The notes under the pieces were generated by a model. It was not told where the DNA came from and ran no database searches. It worked only from the letters and a program-made list of their open reading frames with translations. DNA of 64,000 nucleotides. It comes from Convolutriloba macropyga (lineage: Eukaryota). The position numbers were made by a program, and so were the translations under genes. The DNA is taken from NCBI RefSeq assembly GCF_964194025.1, contig NC_134473.1, positions 16,430,001 to 16,494,000 on the forward strand, given 5' to 3'. Numbering within the stretch: position 1 is the stretch's first letter; each line of letters begins with the position of its first letter. Shown one piece after another: positions 13,074 through 25,755 of this stretch.

Positions 13074-13483
13074 TTATGCGATTTTTCGCTTGACCGATTT
13101 TTCGTCTGACGTTTTTTTGACTTGTCCTCAAAAACGGGATAAACAGGTATCTTCCAGCAGGCATTAAGTGCTGTTAGAGCCTTTCACCTCTGTTTCAGCT
13201 CAAACTGTTTTGGAGACTTATACTTATAGTGTGAAGGGCGGTTCTCAGAGGTTGGAGACACCCCCACTGTTGACCACCCCTCCACTATTGACTTTTGAAA
13301 AGTTTTGTCATTGTATGAGTTCATTCAGACCTAGAAGTCAAGGAACCTTCTCTAGGGTTTTGTATTAGGTTACTGCATAGTTTCTAGTGGTAGTGGAATG
13401 GTTTCAACATTTATACATCACGAATTTTAGTATTTTTTTGACAAAATGTGGAAATTTTTTCAATTTTTTTGACATTTATTTTT

Positions 13484-14005
13484 ATAAGCCGCCCTCATCT
13501 TCTCAGCCGGCTCTTATCGCGCTCCTATTTTTTTTACTTCGTCGAACTTTTTTTTCGCTTTACCCATTTTGCTGCTTTTTCGTTATTTTGCGTGAAATTA
13601 TTTTGACTTCTCTAGGCTAGTTTCACTCTTGTCATTCTGCTCAAAGTCCTTTTAAACAGCAGCTGCTCAGCAACGCAATTCAAATTGAAAAGAGTCAGTA
13701 TAAAAGATCAGAGTCAGAAATAGAAACGAGATAAACTCATAAAGCCCATTTTTAGATGCCGGTACTTGAACTTTGTTATAAGTTTTAGTTACTATCTACA
13801 ATGCTTATTGGTATTGATACTAGACCCTGTAGCCTCTCACTGTGAGACAGGAGTATGTTCAATTACGAAATGACATCAAAATAAATTGCACATAAAAATG
13901 TTTTTTTACAAAAATCAATTTTTGTTGATATTTTCTTTTCTTTCAATCCCAATAGAGTTATGGGAATCAACGGCGGCTGTTTTCCGGCAATCTGCAGGGT
14001 ATGTT
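13484..14005 (+). mobile_element. Family A copy (alternative module) nested in family B
   Basis: 5' AAGCCGCCCTCATCTTCTCAGCCGGCT; body matches 8416-8904; 3' GGCGGCTGTTTTCCGGCAATCTGCAGGGTATGTT. Confidence 0.65.
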
Positions 14006-15703
14006 TCATTATTTACGTCTTTCCAGTAAGATTTTTTGGAAATTTTTGTCGGTTTTTAGATTTCTCCGGCCTGAGGAGCCAAGGAATCTCCTCATGGGTT
14101 TGACAATAGGTTATTGTAAAGGTTCTAAATGTAATGGGTTGTTTTTCAAGATTTCAACACCTAGAATTTAAGAATTTTTTTTCAATGTTATTGATATTGT
14201 CATTATTCAGGTTTTTCAGCCTAATGGAAACTCTCCGTTAGGGTTTGAGAATAAGTTACGGGAAAATGTCTTTTGGCCATGGATTAGTTTTCAACTTTTA
14301 TTATCACTAATATTAGCAGTTTTTTATGCAACTTTTAGAAGTTTTTTTTAAAATTTTTGTCATTTTTAGGTTTCTCCAGCCTCAAAAGCCGAGCAACCTC
14401 CTCTAGTGTTAGACAATAGGTTACTGTATAGTTTTTGAATGTAATGGAATGAATTTCAAGATTTAACACCAAGAATTTTAGCATTTTTTTCAAACAAAGC
14501 TTGCAATTTTTTAATTTTTTCGACATTGTCATTATTCAGGTGTTTTAAGCCTAACAGAAAATCTTTGTTAAGGTTTTTAGGTTTCTCTTACCTCAAGAGG
14601 CAGGTAACCTCCTCGGGTTTGATTATAGTTTACTGCATAGCTTCTAGATGTAATGGAATGGAATGGAATGTGTTTCAAGATTTTAATATCAGCAATTTTA
14701 GAAAAATATTTGCAATTTTAAGTTTTTTGGATCTTTTTCGAATTTTTTTTATCGTTTCTACGGCACCAAGGTCCTAGGGACCTGCTGCAAGGTTTTATGA
14801 TAAGCTGTCGCATAGTTTCTGGAGTTAATGGAATGGTTATTATTATAATGACTCCAGCTCTCGAGACTGGATAGTCTCTTGAGACAATGAAATGGTTTTG
14901 AAGATTTTAATATCTTGAATTTTAGCAAGATCTTGTTAAAATTTGCGATTGTTTTCGGAATTTTTGAATATTTTTGTCCTTTATTGAGTTTAACGATCAT
15001 TTCTGGCCAAAGAAGTTTTTCAAGTCTTTTAGATGGGTTACTTGACAGAACTCCGGAGACAAAAAATAGTTGTGAACATTTTCACTGCGAAATCTGGAAT
15101 CTTTTCTTTCAAGGCTAGAAAACTAAAAGTTGCAGAGTCGAATCAAGCTAAAGCTTGCCTCACTAAACCGCGGCTAGCTACTAACGAAGCCAAACGGCTC
15201 GCCGGTCGTTTGAGAGCAATTTGCCCGACGTTAGTCGGTTTCGTTTTATTAATTGCCCCAAATTGATAGCTGAGGCTATTATTGGCCTACGCCTGGTTTT
15301 GTACAATTCAATTGCGGTGCTCTTTTTCACCAATTTTCTTGATCTTTGGTCACGCCGAACGAAACAGGCAGTGGTGCAAAAAATTGAGTGCTTTTGAGAC
15401 CTTAAATTTTTTCACTCTAATTTCAAAGTTAAGTGAGAAAACGGTATTCGACCAAAAAATCGCTTTTTCGATTGTGATATTCTCTGTTCTTTTGAGGCAA
15501 TTTGACTTTGTTTCTACTTTGCTTTCGGCTTTTTTGGGTATTTTTTTCTATTTGCTTTTTGCAATCAATTACTATTCATCTCTAGGTCTCGTTTTTAAGT
15601 TCCTCAAATTGAGCTACTAGCAATTCAGCTCTGAAAAATTGAGCTACTGACAGTAAAAGGAGTATTGCTTTTCTACAGGGTTTTACGGCTTTTAAGTTCT
15701 TTT

Positions 15704-16197
15704 TTAATAGCCGCACAGCGATAGCTGGGGCTATTATTGGCCTTCTCTTGGTTTTTTTTATTTCGTCATGATTTTTGTTACGACCATATGACGTCACAGC
15801 CACTTTTTGTTCATTCGTTCATGCAATTTCAACTGAATTGCATGTGTGACGTCATTTTTCGCTCTTAGTGGAGCGAGTTTTTTGTTCATGCGCGTGATTA
15901 AATTTTTAGTCACACTTGACTTACCTCACTCTCAAAAATGACTTCCTCACTTTGAAATTGACTTTTATTTACTTTAATTCAAAGAGATAAGGTCAAATGG
16001 GTGTGTCACTCTAAATGAAGGTTATTTGAGATCAGCTAATAGAGGTAGCAATAACCTATACAGATTTTTAATCAAATTATAACAGATCAGCCTTCAATGA
16101 AAAGACGAGTTTTTTGGTCTGTCTTTTTTTACTGTTTTTTTAGACTGCCGATCTACGAATATATTGCGGCTATTTACTGGCAGTACGCCAGCTATTT
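15704..16197 (+). mobile_element. Family A single-module copy
   Basis: TTAATAGCCGCACAGCGATAGCTGGGGCTATT ... GCGGCTATTTACTGGCAGTACGCCAGCTAT. About 330 bp is nearly identical to 12670-12995. Confidence 0.75.
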
Positions 16198-16699
16198 TTT
16201 CTAAAGTGAAGCAGGTTTGTTCATGAACGTTGACGTTCTTTTGATCCCTTTTAAGTCCCTCCTACTTATCTAAACTACAAACCAGCCACCTACCTATCAA
16301 ACAACCCTGCATGTATACCTATAATTATCCCCCTATCCTTCTTACAACCCCAAACCTTGCTACCCCATCTACCTACCCCTCACGGCTCGTTTCACTCCGC
16401 CTATCTAAACGGGACCAGACAATTGATCCGCGAACTAAAAATTCAGTTATCTTTTTTTGAAAAACTTTATAATTTTAATAGTTTTATTAGGCAGTTTTTT
16501 GTTTTCCTTCTATATAGCCGCCCTCATCTCAACTGGCTATTAATGAGATCTTTTTTTTTACAAATCAAGAATTGAGTTGTATTGGTGCTCTTTTTTGTAA
16601 GATGTTTTATCACATTTTTTCATCGTTTTTCGAGTTTTTTTCGATTAGTCTTAAATGGGTGTTTATCAAAGTTTATAAAAGTCTTTTGCCAGACATAAG

Positions 16700-19600
16700 T
16701 AATTGCTCAGACGAAATTTGTAACAATTATATTAGTTCTCTTGGTCTTTTTTATGCGATTTTTTGCTTGACCAATTTTTCGTCTGACGCCTTTGACTTTT
16801 CGTCCTCAAAAACGAGATAAACAGGTAGCGCCCAGCTGGCATTAAGTGCTCTTAAAGCCTTTCAGCTGTTTCAGCTTAAACTTTTTTGGAGACTTATACT
16901 TAGACTTATGGCGTGAAGGTCGGTTCTTAGAGGTTGAAGACACCCCACCCTAATGTTGCCCCTCATCAGCACCCTGGTGCAATCCCCCCCCCCCCACCCC
17001 TTCCCTCTCGTTGCTAGCTACTGACGAACAACCGCTCGCTAAAAACATGCAAATTTATACCAATTTTCAAAATTTTTTCAAGCTTTTTTGAAAATTTTTG
17101 TAGTTTTTTTATGCCCTAGATGTCAAGGAACCTCCTCTGTGGTTTGATAATAGGTTACTGCATAGTTTGAGGTGGTAATAGAATGGTTTCAACATTTTGA
17201 CATCGCGAATTTAAACAAGTTTTGCAGTTTTTAATTTTTTGGTCATTTATTGTTATTATTCCCTGTCCAGAGCCGGAAAACCTCCTTAGGGGTTCGGTAA
17301 AAAGTTTCTGAAAAAAATTTATTGGCCATGGAAAAGTTTTCAACTTTTTAATGTCACAAATTTTATCGATTTTTTTGTAAAAATTGCAATTTTTTTCAAA
17401 CTTTTCAAAATTTATTGTAGTTATCTAAGGTTTTCAGCCCCAGGAGCCAGGAAACCTCCTATAGCGTTTAATGATAGGTTATTGAAAAGTTTTTATCGGC
17501 CATGGAATAGATCTCACTTTTTTAATATCACAACTTTTATCAATTTTGACAAAACTTCCAAGTTTTTTTTTAGAACTTTTGTCATTTTTTGGTCTATCCA
17601 GTCTCAAGAGCCAAGGAGCCTCCTCAAAGTTTTAATAATAGGTTACTCTATACTTTCTAGATGTAATAGAAATTTTTATAAGAGATTAACATCACGAATT
17701 ATTGCTTTTTTTGACAAAAGTTGCAACTTTTCGTTTTTTTTACTTTTATTGTCATTATTCGGGGTTTTCAGCCTCAGGGTTAAGAAAACTTCCTTAGCGG
17801 ATTGATAGTAGCTTGCTGCATAGTTTCTTCTGGTAATGGAATGGTTTTCATCGTTTTAACATCACGTATTTTTGCAATTTTTTGATAAAAGTTGCAATTT
17901 TTTTTCAAATGTTTGTTTTTTTGTCATTATCTAAGGTTTTCCAGCCCAAGGAGCAGGAAGCCTCCTATAGCGTTTTGATAATAGGTCATTGAAATTTTTT
18001 TATTGCCCAACTTTTTAGTATCACAAATTTTGTCTATTTTTTGATAAAACTTGCCATTTTCAAGTTTTTTTTTGTCATTTTTTATGTTTATCCTGCTTCA
18101 AGAAGCCCAAAGAACCTCCTCTGGGATTTGATAATAGGTTACTGTATAGTTTCTAGATCTAATGGGATAATTTTCAAGATTTTTAGCAATTTTATGAAAA
18201 TTTTTTGCAATTTTCAAATTTTGAAATTGTCTATCGTTTTAGGTTTCTCCAGCCTCAAGAGCCATGGAACCTCCTCTAGGGTTTGACAATAGGTTACTGC
18301 ATAGTTTGAGGTGGTAATAGAATGGTTTCAACTTTTTGACATCGCGAATTTAAACAAGTTTTGCAGTTTTTAATTTTTTGGTCATTTATTGTCATTATTC
18401 CCTGCCCAGGAGCCGGAAAACCTCCTTAGGGGTTCGGTAAAAAGTTACTAAAAAAAATTTATTGGCCATGGAAAAGTTCAACTTTTTAATGTCACAAATT
18501 TTATCGATTTTTTTGTAAAAATTTGCAATTTTTTTAAAAAAAATCAAAATTTATTGTAGTTAGCTAAGGTTTTCAGCCCCAGGAGCCAGGAAACCTCCTA
18601 TAGCGTTTAATGATAGGTTATTGAAAACTTTTTATCGGCCTTGGAATAGATCTCACTTTTTTAATGTCACAACTTTTATCAATTTTTTGACAAAACTTGC
18701 AAGTTTTTTTTTAGAAGTTTTGTCATTTTTTGGTCTATCCAGTCTCAAGAGCCAAGGAGCCTCCTCAAAGTTTTAATAATAGGTTACTCTATACTTTCTA
18801 GATGTAATAGAAATTTTTTTAAGAGATTAACATCACGAATTTTTGCTTTTTTTGACAAAAGTTGCAACTTTTCGTTTTTTTTTACTTTGTCATTATTCGG
18901 GGTTTTCAGCCTCAGGGTTAAGAAAACTTCCTTAGCGGATTGATAGTAGCTTGCTGCATAGTTTCTTCTGGTAATGGAATGGTTTTCATCGTTTTAACAT
19001 CACGTATTTTTGCAATTTTTTGATAAAAGTTGCAATTTTTTTCAAATGTTTGTTTTTTTGTCATTATCTAAGGTTTTCCAGCCCAAGGAGCAGGAAGCCT
19101 CCTATAGGGTTTTGATAATAGGTCATTGAAATTTTTTTATTGCCCAACTTATTAATATCACAAATTTTGTCTATTTTTTGATAAAACTTGCCATTTTCAA
19201 GTTTTTTTTTGTCATTTTTTATGTTTATCCTGCTTCAAGAAGCCCAAAGAACCTCCTCTGGGATTTGATAATAGGTTACTGTATAGTTTCTAGATCTAAT
19301 GGGATAATTTTCAAGATTTTTAGCAATTTTATGAAAATTTTTTGCAATTTTCAAATTTTTTGAAATTGTTTATCGTTTTAGGTTTCTCCAGCCTCAAGAG
19401 CCATGGAACCTCCTCTAGGGTTTGACAATAGGTTACTGCATAGTTTGAGGTGGTAATAGAATGGTTTCAACATTTTGACATCGCGAATTTAAACAAGTTT
19501 TGCAGTTTTTAATTTTTGTGGTCATTTATTGTCATTATTCCCTGCCCAGGAGCCGGAAAACCTCCTTAGGGGTTCGGTAAAAAGTTACTAAAAAAATTTA

Positions 19601-21845
19601 TTGGCCATGGAAAAGTTCAACTTTTTAATGTCACAAATTTTATCGATTTTTTTGTAAAAATTTGCAATTTTTTCAAACTTTTCAAAATTTATTGTAGTTA
19701 GCTAAGGTTTTCAGCCCCAGGAGCCAGGAAACCTCCTATAGCGTTTAATGATAGGTTATTGAAAAATTTTTATCGGCCATGGAATAGATCTCACTTTTTT
19801 AATATCACAATTTTTATCAATTTTTTGACAAAACTTGCAAGTTTTTAGAAGTTTTGTCTTTTTTTGGTCTATCCAGTCTCAAGAGCCAAGGAGCCTCATC
19901 AAAGTTTTAATAATAGGTTACTCTATACTTTCTAGATGTAATAGAAAGTTTTTTAAGAGATTAACATCACGAATTTTTGCTTTTTTGGACAAAAGTTGCA
20001 ACTTTTCGTTTTTTTTTATTGTCATTATTCGGGGTTTTCAGCCTTAGGGTTAAGAAAACTTCCTTAGCGGATTGATAGTAGCTTGCTGCATAGTTTCTGG
20101 TGGTAATGGAATGGTTTTCATCATTTTAACATCACGTATTTTAGCAATTTTTTGATAAAAATTGCAATTTTTTTTCAAATGTTTCAGTTTTTTTGTATTA
20201 TCTAAGGTTTTCCAGCCCAAGGAGCAGGAAGCCTCCTATAGGGTTTTGATAATAGGTCATTGAAATTTTTTTATTGCCCAACTTATTAGTATCACAAATT
20301 TTGTCTATTTTTTGATAAAACTTGCCATTTTCAAGATTTTTTTTGTCATTTTTTATGTTTATCCTGCTTCAAGAAGCCCACAGAACCTCCTCTGGGATTT
20401 GATAATAGGTTACTTTATAGTTTCTAGATCTAATGGGATAATTTTCAAGATTTTAGCATCACGATTTTTAGCAATTTTATGAAAGTTTTTTGCAATTTTC
20501 AAATTTTGAAATTGTCTATCGTTTTAGGTTTCTCCAGCCTCAAGAGCCATGGAACCTCCTCTAGGGTTTGACAATAGGTTACTGCATAGTTTGAGGTGGT
20601 AATAGAATGGTTTCAACATTTTGACATCGCGAATTTAAACAAGTTTTGCAGTTTTTAATTTTTTGGTCATTTATTGTCATTATTCCCTGCCCAGGAGCCG
20701 GAAAAGCTCCTTAGGGGTTCGGTAAAAAGTTACTGAAAAAAATTTATTGGCTATGGAAAAGTTTTCAACTTTTTAATGTCACAAATTTTATCGTTTTTTT
20801 TGTAAAAATTTGCAATTTTTTCAAACTTCAAAATTTATTGTAGTTAGCTAAGGTTTTCAGCCCCAGGTGCCAGGAAACCTCCTATAGCGTTTAATGATAG
20901 GTTATAGAAAAATTTTTATCGGCCATGGAATAGATCTCAACTTTTTAATATCACAACTTCTGTCAATTTTTTGACAAAACTTGCAAGTTTTTTTTATAAG
21001 TTTTGTCATTTTTTGGTCTATCCAGTCTCAAGAGCCAAGGAGCCTCCTCAAAATTTTAATAATAGGTTACTGTATAATTTCTAGATGTAATAGAAAGTTT
21101 TTTAAGAGATTAACATCACGAATTTTTGCTTTTTTTTGACAAAAGTTGCAACTTTTCGTTTTTTTTACATTTATTGTCATTATTCGGGATTTTCAGCCTC
21201 AGGGTTAAGAAAACTTCCTTAGCGGATTGATAGTAGCTTGCTGCATAGTTTCTGGTGGTAATGGAATGGTTTTCATCATTTTAACATCACGTATTTCAGC
21301 AATTTCAAGTCCCCTGAATTTTTTTTTCAAATGTTTTAAGATTTTAACATCACGAATTCAGGCAAAATTAAAAAAATCTTTTGCAATTTTTTCGAGTTTT
21401 AATATCTCAAAAACTTGAAAAAATTGTAAAAGATTTTCAAAATTTTGCTTGATTTCTTGGTGCTAAAATCTTGAAAAACATTCCATTACATCTAGAAACT
21501 ATACAGTAACCTATTATCAAACCCTATTGTTTTTTGATTTTTCGTGCAATTTTTAAGTTCCCCAGGGGACTTCCTCCAAGGTTTGATGATAAGCTGTCGC
21601 ATGGTTTCTGGAGTTAATGGAATGGTTATCAATTTTTTAATGACTCCAGCTTTAGCAATTTTTTGATTAACTTTTTTTTCAAATTTTCGGAAAATTATGT
21701 TCCAATTTCATGGTTCTTTATGAGCCAGTGAAACTATTCAAAGCTTGAAATGGGGATTATGGATAGTCTCTTGAGACAATGAAATTGCTTTGAAGCCAAC
21801 CGTTCGCTGGGCGTTTGAGAGCAATTCACTCGACGTCAGTCGGTT
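16700..21845 (+). mobile_element. Helentron-like family B copy expanded by an internal satellite array
   Basis: 5' TAATTGCTCAGACG...AACAATTATATTAGT; 3' CGTTTGAGAGCAATTCACTCGACGTCAGTCGGTT. Confidence 0.7.
17115..21305 (+). repeat. Higher-order tandem repeat: ~1140-bp unit x ~3.7, each made of 7 diverged ~150-175-bp monomers
   Basis: ATAGGTTACTGCATAGTTTGAGGTGG recurs at ~17150, 18289, 19428 and 20574. Within a unit the AACCTCC..GGTTTGATAATAGGTTA motif recurs seven times. Confidence 0.9.
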
Positions 21846-21955
21846 GTTTACTTTTTGTGACCACTTTGTGAGCTATTTCTTTGGGTACTGCAAACATAAG
21901 CGCGAGAAATAATACAAATTTTCGCATTTTCATGTTTTAGGTTTTTCTGTCATTT

Positions 21956-22997
21956 TTAATAGCCGCATAGCGATAGCTGGGGCTATTTCTGGCCTTCTCT
22001 TGGTTTTTTTACAATTCAAAGAATTTGAATTATATTGGGGCGCTGTCTTTTTTTTAAAAAGATCTGTGCACACATTTTCATGAGTTTTGAAGTAAAATTG
22101 GAGTAGTTAGTTTGGTTACGCCGAAAAAGGAAGTGGAGCGAAAAGGCAACGAGTAGTTTTGCCGCGTGAACTTTTCTGTTTCGCTCTAATTTTAAAGTCG
22201 AGTGGGAAAGCGGTGTTTGAACAAAAATTCGCTTTCTCGCTAGTGGTTTTTTGTTCACATGCGGAAATTTCACTTTGATTTACTGTTTTTTTTTTTAATT
22301 TTTTGGATTGGATTTTTTTCTAATTGGTGTTCCCAATCCATTTATAGTTCATTCTAGGCCCAGTTTTTTAACCAAATTTCTCTTTCTCGCTAGTGGTTTT
22401 TTATTCACATGCGTAATTTTGACGTTGATTTTCAGTTTTTATATTTTTTTGATCTGATTTTTTGGAAATGGTTTTCCCAATTCACTCAGTGCGTTCTAGG
22501 TCTAGTTTTTGTTTAGTCACTGATAGTTTTTTGAATTGTACTTTAGGACTTGTCCGGCTATATTTTTTTATTTCGTCAAGATTTTTCTTACGAACATATG
22601 ACGTCACAACCACTTCAAATGTGCTTTTTGTGCATTCGTTCATGCAATTTCAACTGAAATGTTTGCGTGACGTCATTTTCAACTGAAATGCGTGCGTGAC
22701 GTCACGCACGACTGAAATGCGTGGCGATAATTTTTTGGTCACATTTGACCTCTCAAAAATGACTTTCTCACTTTGAAATCGACTTTTATTTGCCCTAGTT
22801 CAATGAGACAAGGTCAAAGGGGTGTGTATTGAAGGGTATTTGAGAGCAGCTAATAGAGGCATCAAAAAGTTATACATATTTTAAATCAAAATATAACATA
22901 TCTGCCTTCTATGAAAAGACGAATTTTTTTGGTGTGTCTTTGTTTTTTTTTGAGACTGCAGATCTACGAAGCTATCTACGAATCTGCCTACTATGTT
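21956..22997 (+). mobile_element. Family A two-module copy
   Basis: TTAATAGCCGCATAGCGATAGCTGGGGCTATT start; internal GGACTTGTCCGGCTAT end at ~22560; same module order as 12053-13073. Confidence 0.7.
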
Positions 22998-23481
22998 TGA
23001 GTTTTTCCATCCTCAGGGACAAGGGAACTGCCTCAAGGGTTTGATAATAGCTTACTGCATGTTTTCTAGTGCCGATAGAATGGTTTTCAAGATTTTAGTA
23101 TCAAAGAGTTTTTGCAGTATTTCGATTAACTTTGGACTATTTCAAATTCAAAAATTATTACCATTCAGAGTTTCTGGAAACAACGAAATGGTTCTGAAGA
23201 ATCATGAGTTTTAGCAACTTTTCAATAATATTTGCAATTGTATTCAATTTTTTTTTGGAAATTTTTTTGAAACCAAGCCGAGATGTTGAGCAAGTTCGAG
23301 AGGTCGGTTGACTTCCGTTGCAATGAAAATAGTTAATTTCTCACAATTTTCCATTTTAAAGTTCCGTTTCTGCTCATTACAACAGTGGGGAGAACCTGCT
23401 AGCGGGCGGTGACAATTTGTTCCATCGGTTATCTATCCAAATGGTATCGCAATGGGAGTTGATTAAATGTCTCATGTTCAG

Positions 23482-23840
23482 GTTCAATACGAGGAGAGTT
23501 CACGCCGCCCTCAAGACGCGCTGGCCACCCAACTGTTCAAATCCCCTCTACAACCTCATCTACATCCTCTGCTACAAATGCTATTCTCGGTGTCTCACCC
23601 CGAACTAGCCAATCAGATCACTCGCTCGCATCTAGCTTTGGACATCACCTGGACATGAACACTAACCTTGATCTAATGAGTACCCACAGCGATAATTTCG
23701 ATAATAGTAATAGTTACACTAACTCCAATAGTAACTCAACTGCCATGCAACGAAGAAGCAATAGAATCAATAGCTCCTCGTCCTCAAGGACTCGAAACCA
23801 GAACAACTTTTTTCATGCTATGGACTTTGCCACCATCTAA
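23482..23840 (+). CDS. PPTC7: Probable PTC7 terminal exon 5 (S/T/N-rich disordered tail ending DFATI*)
   Basis: Acceptor TGTTCAG|23482. The phase-1 junction with exon 4 opens a stop-free 119-codon frame to TAA 23840, with the same S/T/N/H bias as the end of exon 4. It is a non-repeat island after 11.5 kb of repeats. Joined CDS is 1566 nt (521 aa). Confidence 0.7.
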
Positions 23841-24967
23841 TTGATGCGAAAAAAATTAACTCTATTTCCTAGAACCGTTCCATAAATTTATTGAAACGCA
23901 ACTGTGGGATTCTTTCTTCGTGAAATATAATTTTACATGGAACAACTTATCCCGGTATTTCAAATGATGAAAATGAAGTGTATTTGTCATGTATGGTATT
24001 AAAAAATATACTCAATCAAAAGCAATAAGGCGAAGCAGTTTGGAACCGTTCTTTACCGAGAAACTCAAATCGTGCTAGTCTCTCTCTACAAGTAGGGCAT
24101 TTATTGGTCAGAAATTTAAATTCTGGGCAAATTAGCGGATTGTATTTGAACCATCGTTAGAGTGATCATATTCAGAGCTTTCTTGAACGATTGTCTATGA
24201 ACTGCTACTGCTGTTCTATATATATTCTATTTATTTGTGCTCTACCAAGTGCTGTGCATGAGTTGTCTTTATTTCCCTCATCTCAATTTGAGAGAGGCAA
24301 TATATATTTATCTGCCTCCATCTATTGTATCGCGCAATTTATTTTACCCATCACCCCTCCGTACCGTCCTGCGTCTGACGAACAAAGTTGCCTACTTGCC
24401 ATTAAATTAAAACCCATCAATCTCCCCCGCTCCTCTCCCATGGGGTTCCAACTGGGCGACAAGTCAAATGGACAAATCATTTTGCTTAAGATGGGATTAT
24501 TAAATGCTGATTGACATTCAAAAGTTGGATATTTTCATTATACAATCCTGGTTACAGGAGCGTTTTCCGGATTTCACCAGGCAACGCGTGATAGGCATGA
24601 CCGCAAACTACAGTCCGCTATTGCTCACATGCTTTAACGTCATTTGTTTGTCACTTTGAGTCACTGCAGATTCATGGGAGGGTTACGTCTTTTCACCCCG
24701 ATTCACTCAACCCTCGCTTTTAAGGGATCCAAATTGGTGAACAAGCTATGTTAAAGTTAACTTAATGGTTAACTTAGGTAAATATAATAACCCACATAAG
24801 TTGGGGTTAATTGTTGTGTCGTCCGTTTGATTTTCGTCCTATTGAACTCCTCGCTCTCCACTCCTTAACACTACACCACACCCCCAATTGTCTTCACTTT
24901 AAAAGTATAACAAGTGCATACTTGTAGTTTTCCTTTACCAAATTCCATGCTTTCCTTTCCACACATG

Positions 24968-24973
24968 AATAAA
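24968..24973 (+). terminator. Candidate polyadenylation signal for PTC7
   Basis: AATAAA about 1.1 kb downstream of the exon 5 stop, near the end of the non-repetitive stretch. Confidence 0.3.
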
Positions 24974-25755
24974 TCACATTACAAGAGCATACAATGGATA
25001 ATTAAAGCGTAGCTGGAGTTTGGAAAATTGAATGTGAGTGAAAGGAACAAAATCGAACTCTGAATTTTGCTTATCATACTTGAAATGTGAAGTATTATGT
25101 CGTGACCGTATTGAAAGTTTTCTTGGGTTCACGATTTGTTCAGGCCATATTTGTTTGTACTAAAACAAGAATTAGAAAAGCGATGAAAATAAAATTACCG
25201 TTTCACTATATACTCCTAAATTACGTAGAGAACAGCAAGTAGAAATATAGTTTTATAGTCACTGATTTTTGTGCTGCCTTTGTCTTTGAGAGAGGGTGAT
25301 TCAGAATGATAAAAGCTTTTTAATGAGTCCATTTACGCGAACTCTTTTGAATAATTCGGTCACAGGAGAACCTGACTCAATTAGGATTAAACGGCTTTGC
25401 AAATTTAGCTGTTCTTCGTCTCAATTTAGGTATTCGGCTAGAAAATGAAATATCTTTACTACAGCCTACTGAAAATGTAAAAGTGAGGATAGCGTTGATT
25501 TAAAATCCATAAAACACGAATTTATGCAGCAATGAGTAAGCAGTGAGTCAGCATCGAGCACTTTTGGTCAGTTTTAATCTTCAAAGATTAACCAAATTCA
25601 TGATTCGGTAGTCTTCTAGCCGCAAAGCATTAACTGGGGCTAGTATCGTTCATGTAGCAATTTACCAAACGGGGTTAGTTATGGAACAAAGGAGTATTTT
25701 TACGAAATTTTTAGGCTACCGGAATTAGTGACCTTGAGCATGTATTAAATGAACT

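Larger units (their letters stand above)
12001..15240 (+). mobile_element. Helentron-like family B copy with two nested family A insertions and diverged satellite monomers
   Basis: 5' TAATTGCTCTTAAACGAAGTTTGTAGCAATT; 3' CGTTTGAGAGCAATT plus hairpin CCGACGTTAGTCGG plus TT. Confidence 0.7.

Noticed and set aside
4022-22686. Numerous 60-110 aa F/L/K/I-rich ORFs in the ORF track
   Set aside because: They fall within repeat modules or satellite, mirror T/A-run composition and are not frame-conserved between copies.
23467-23658. ORF MSHVQVQYEESS... as an independent gene
   Set aside because: It is an alternative frame overlapping the phase-compatible PTC7 exon 5.
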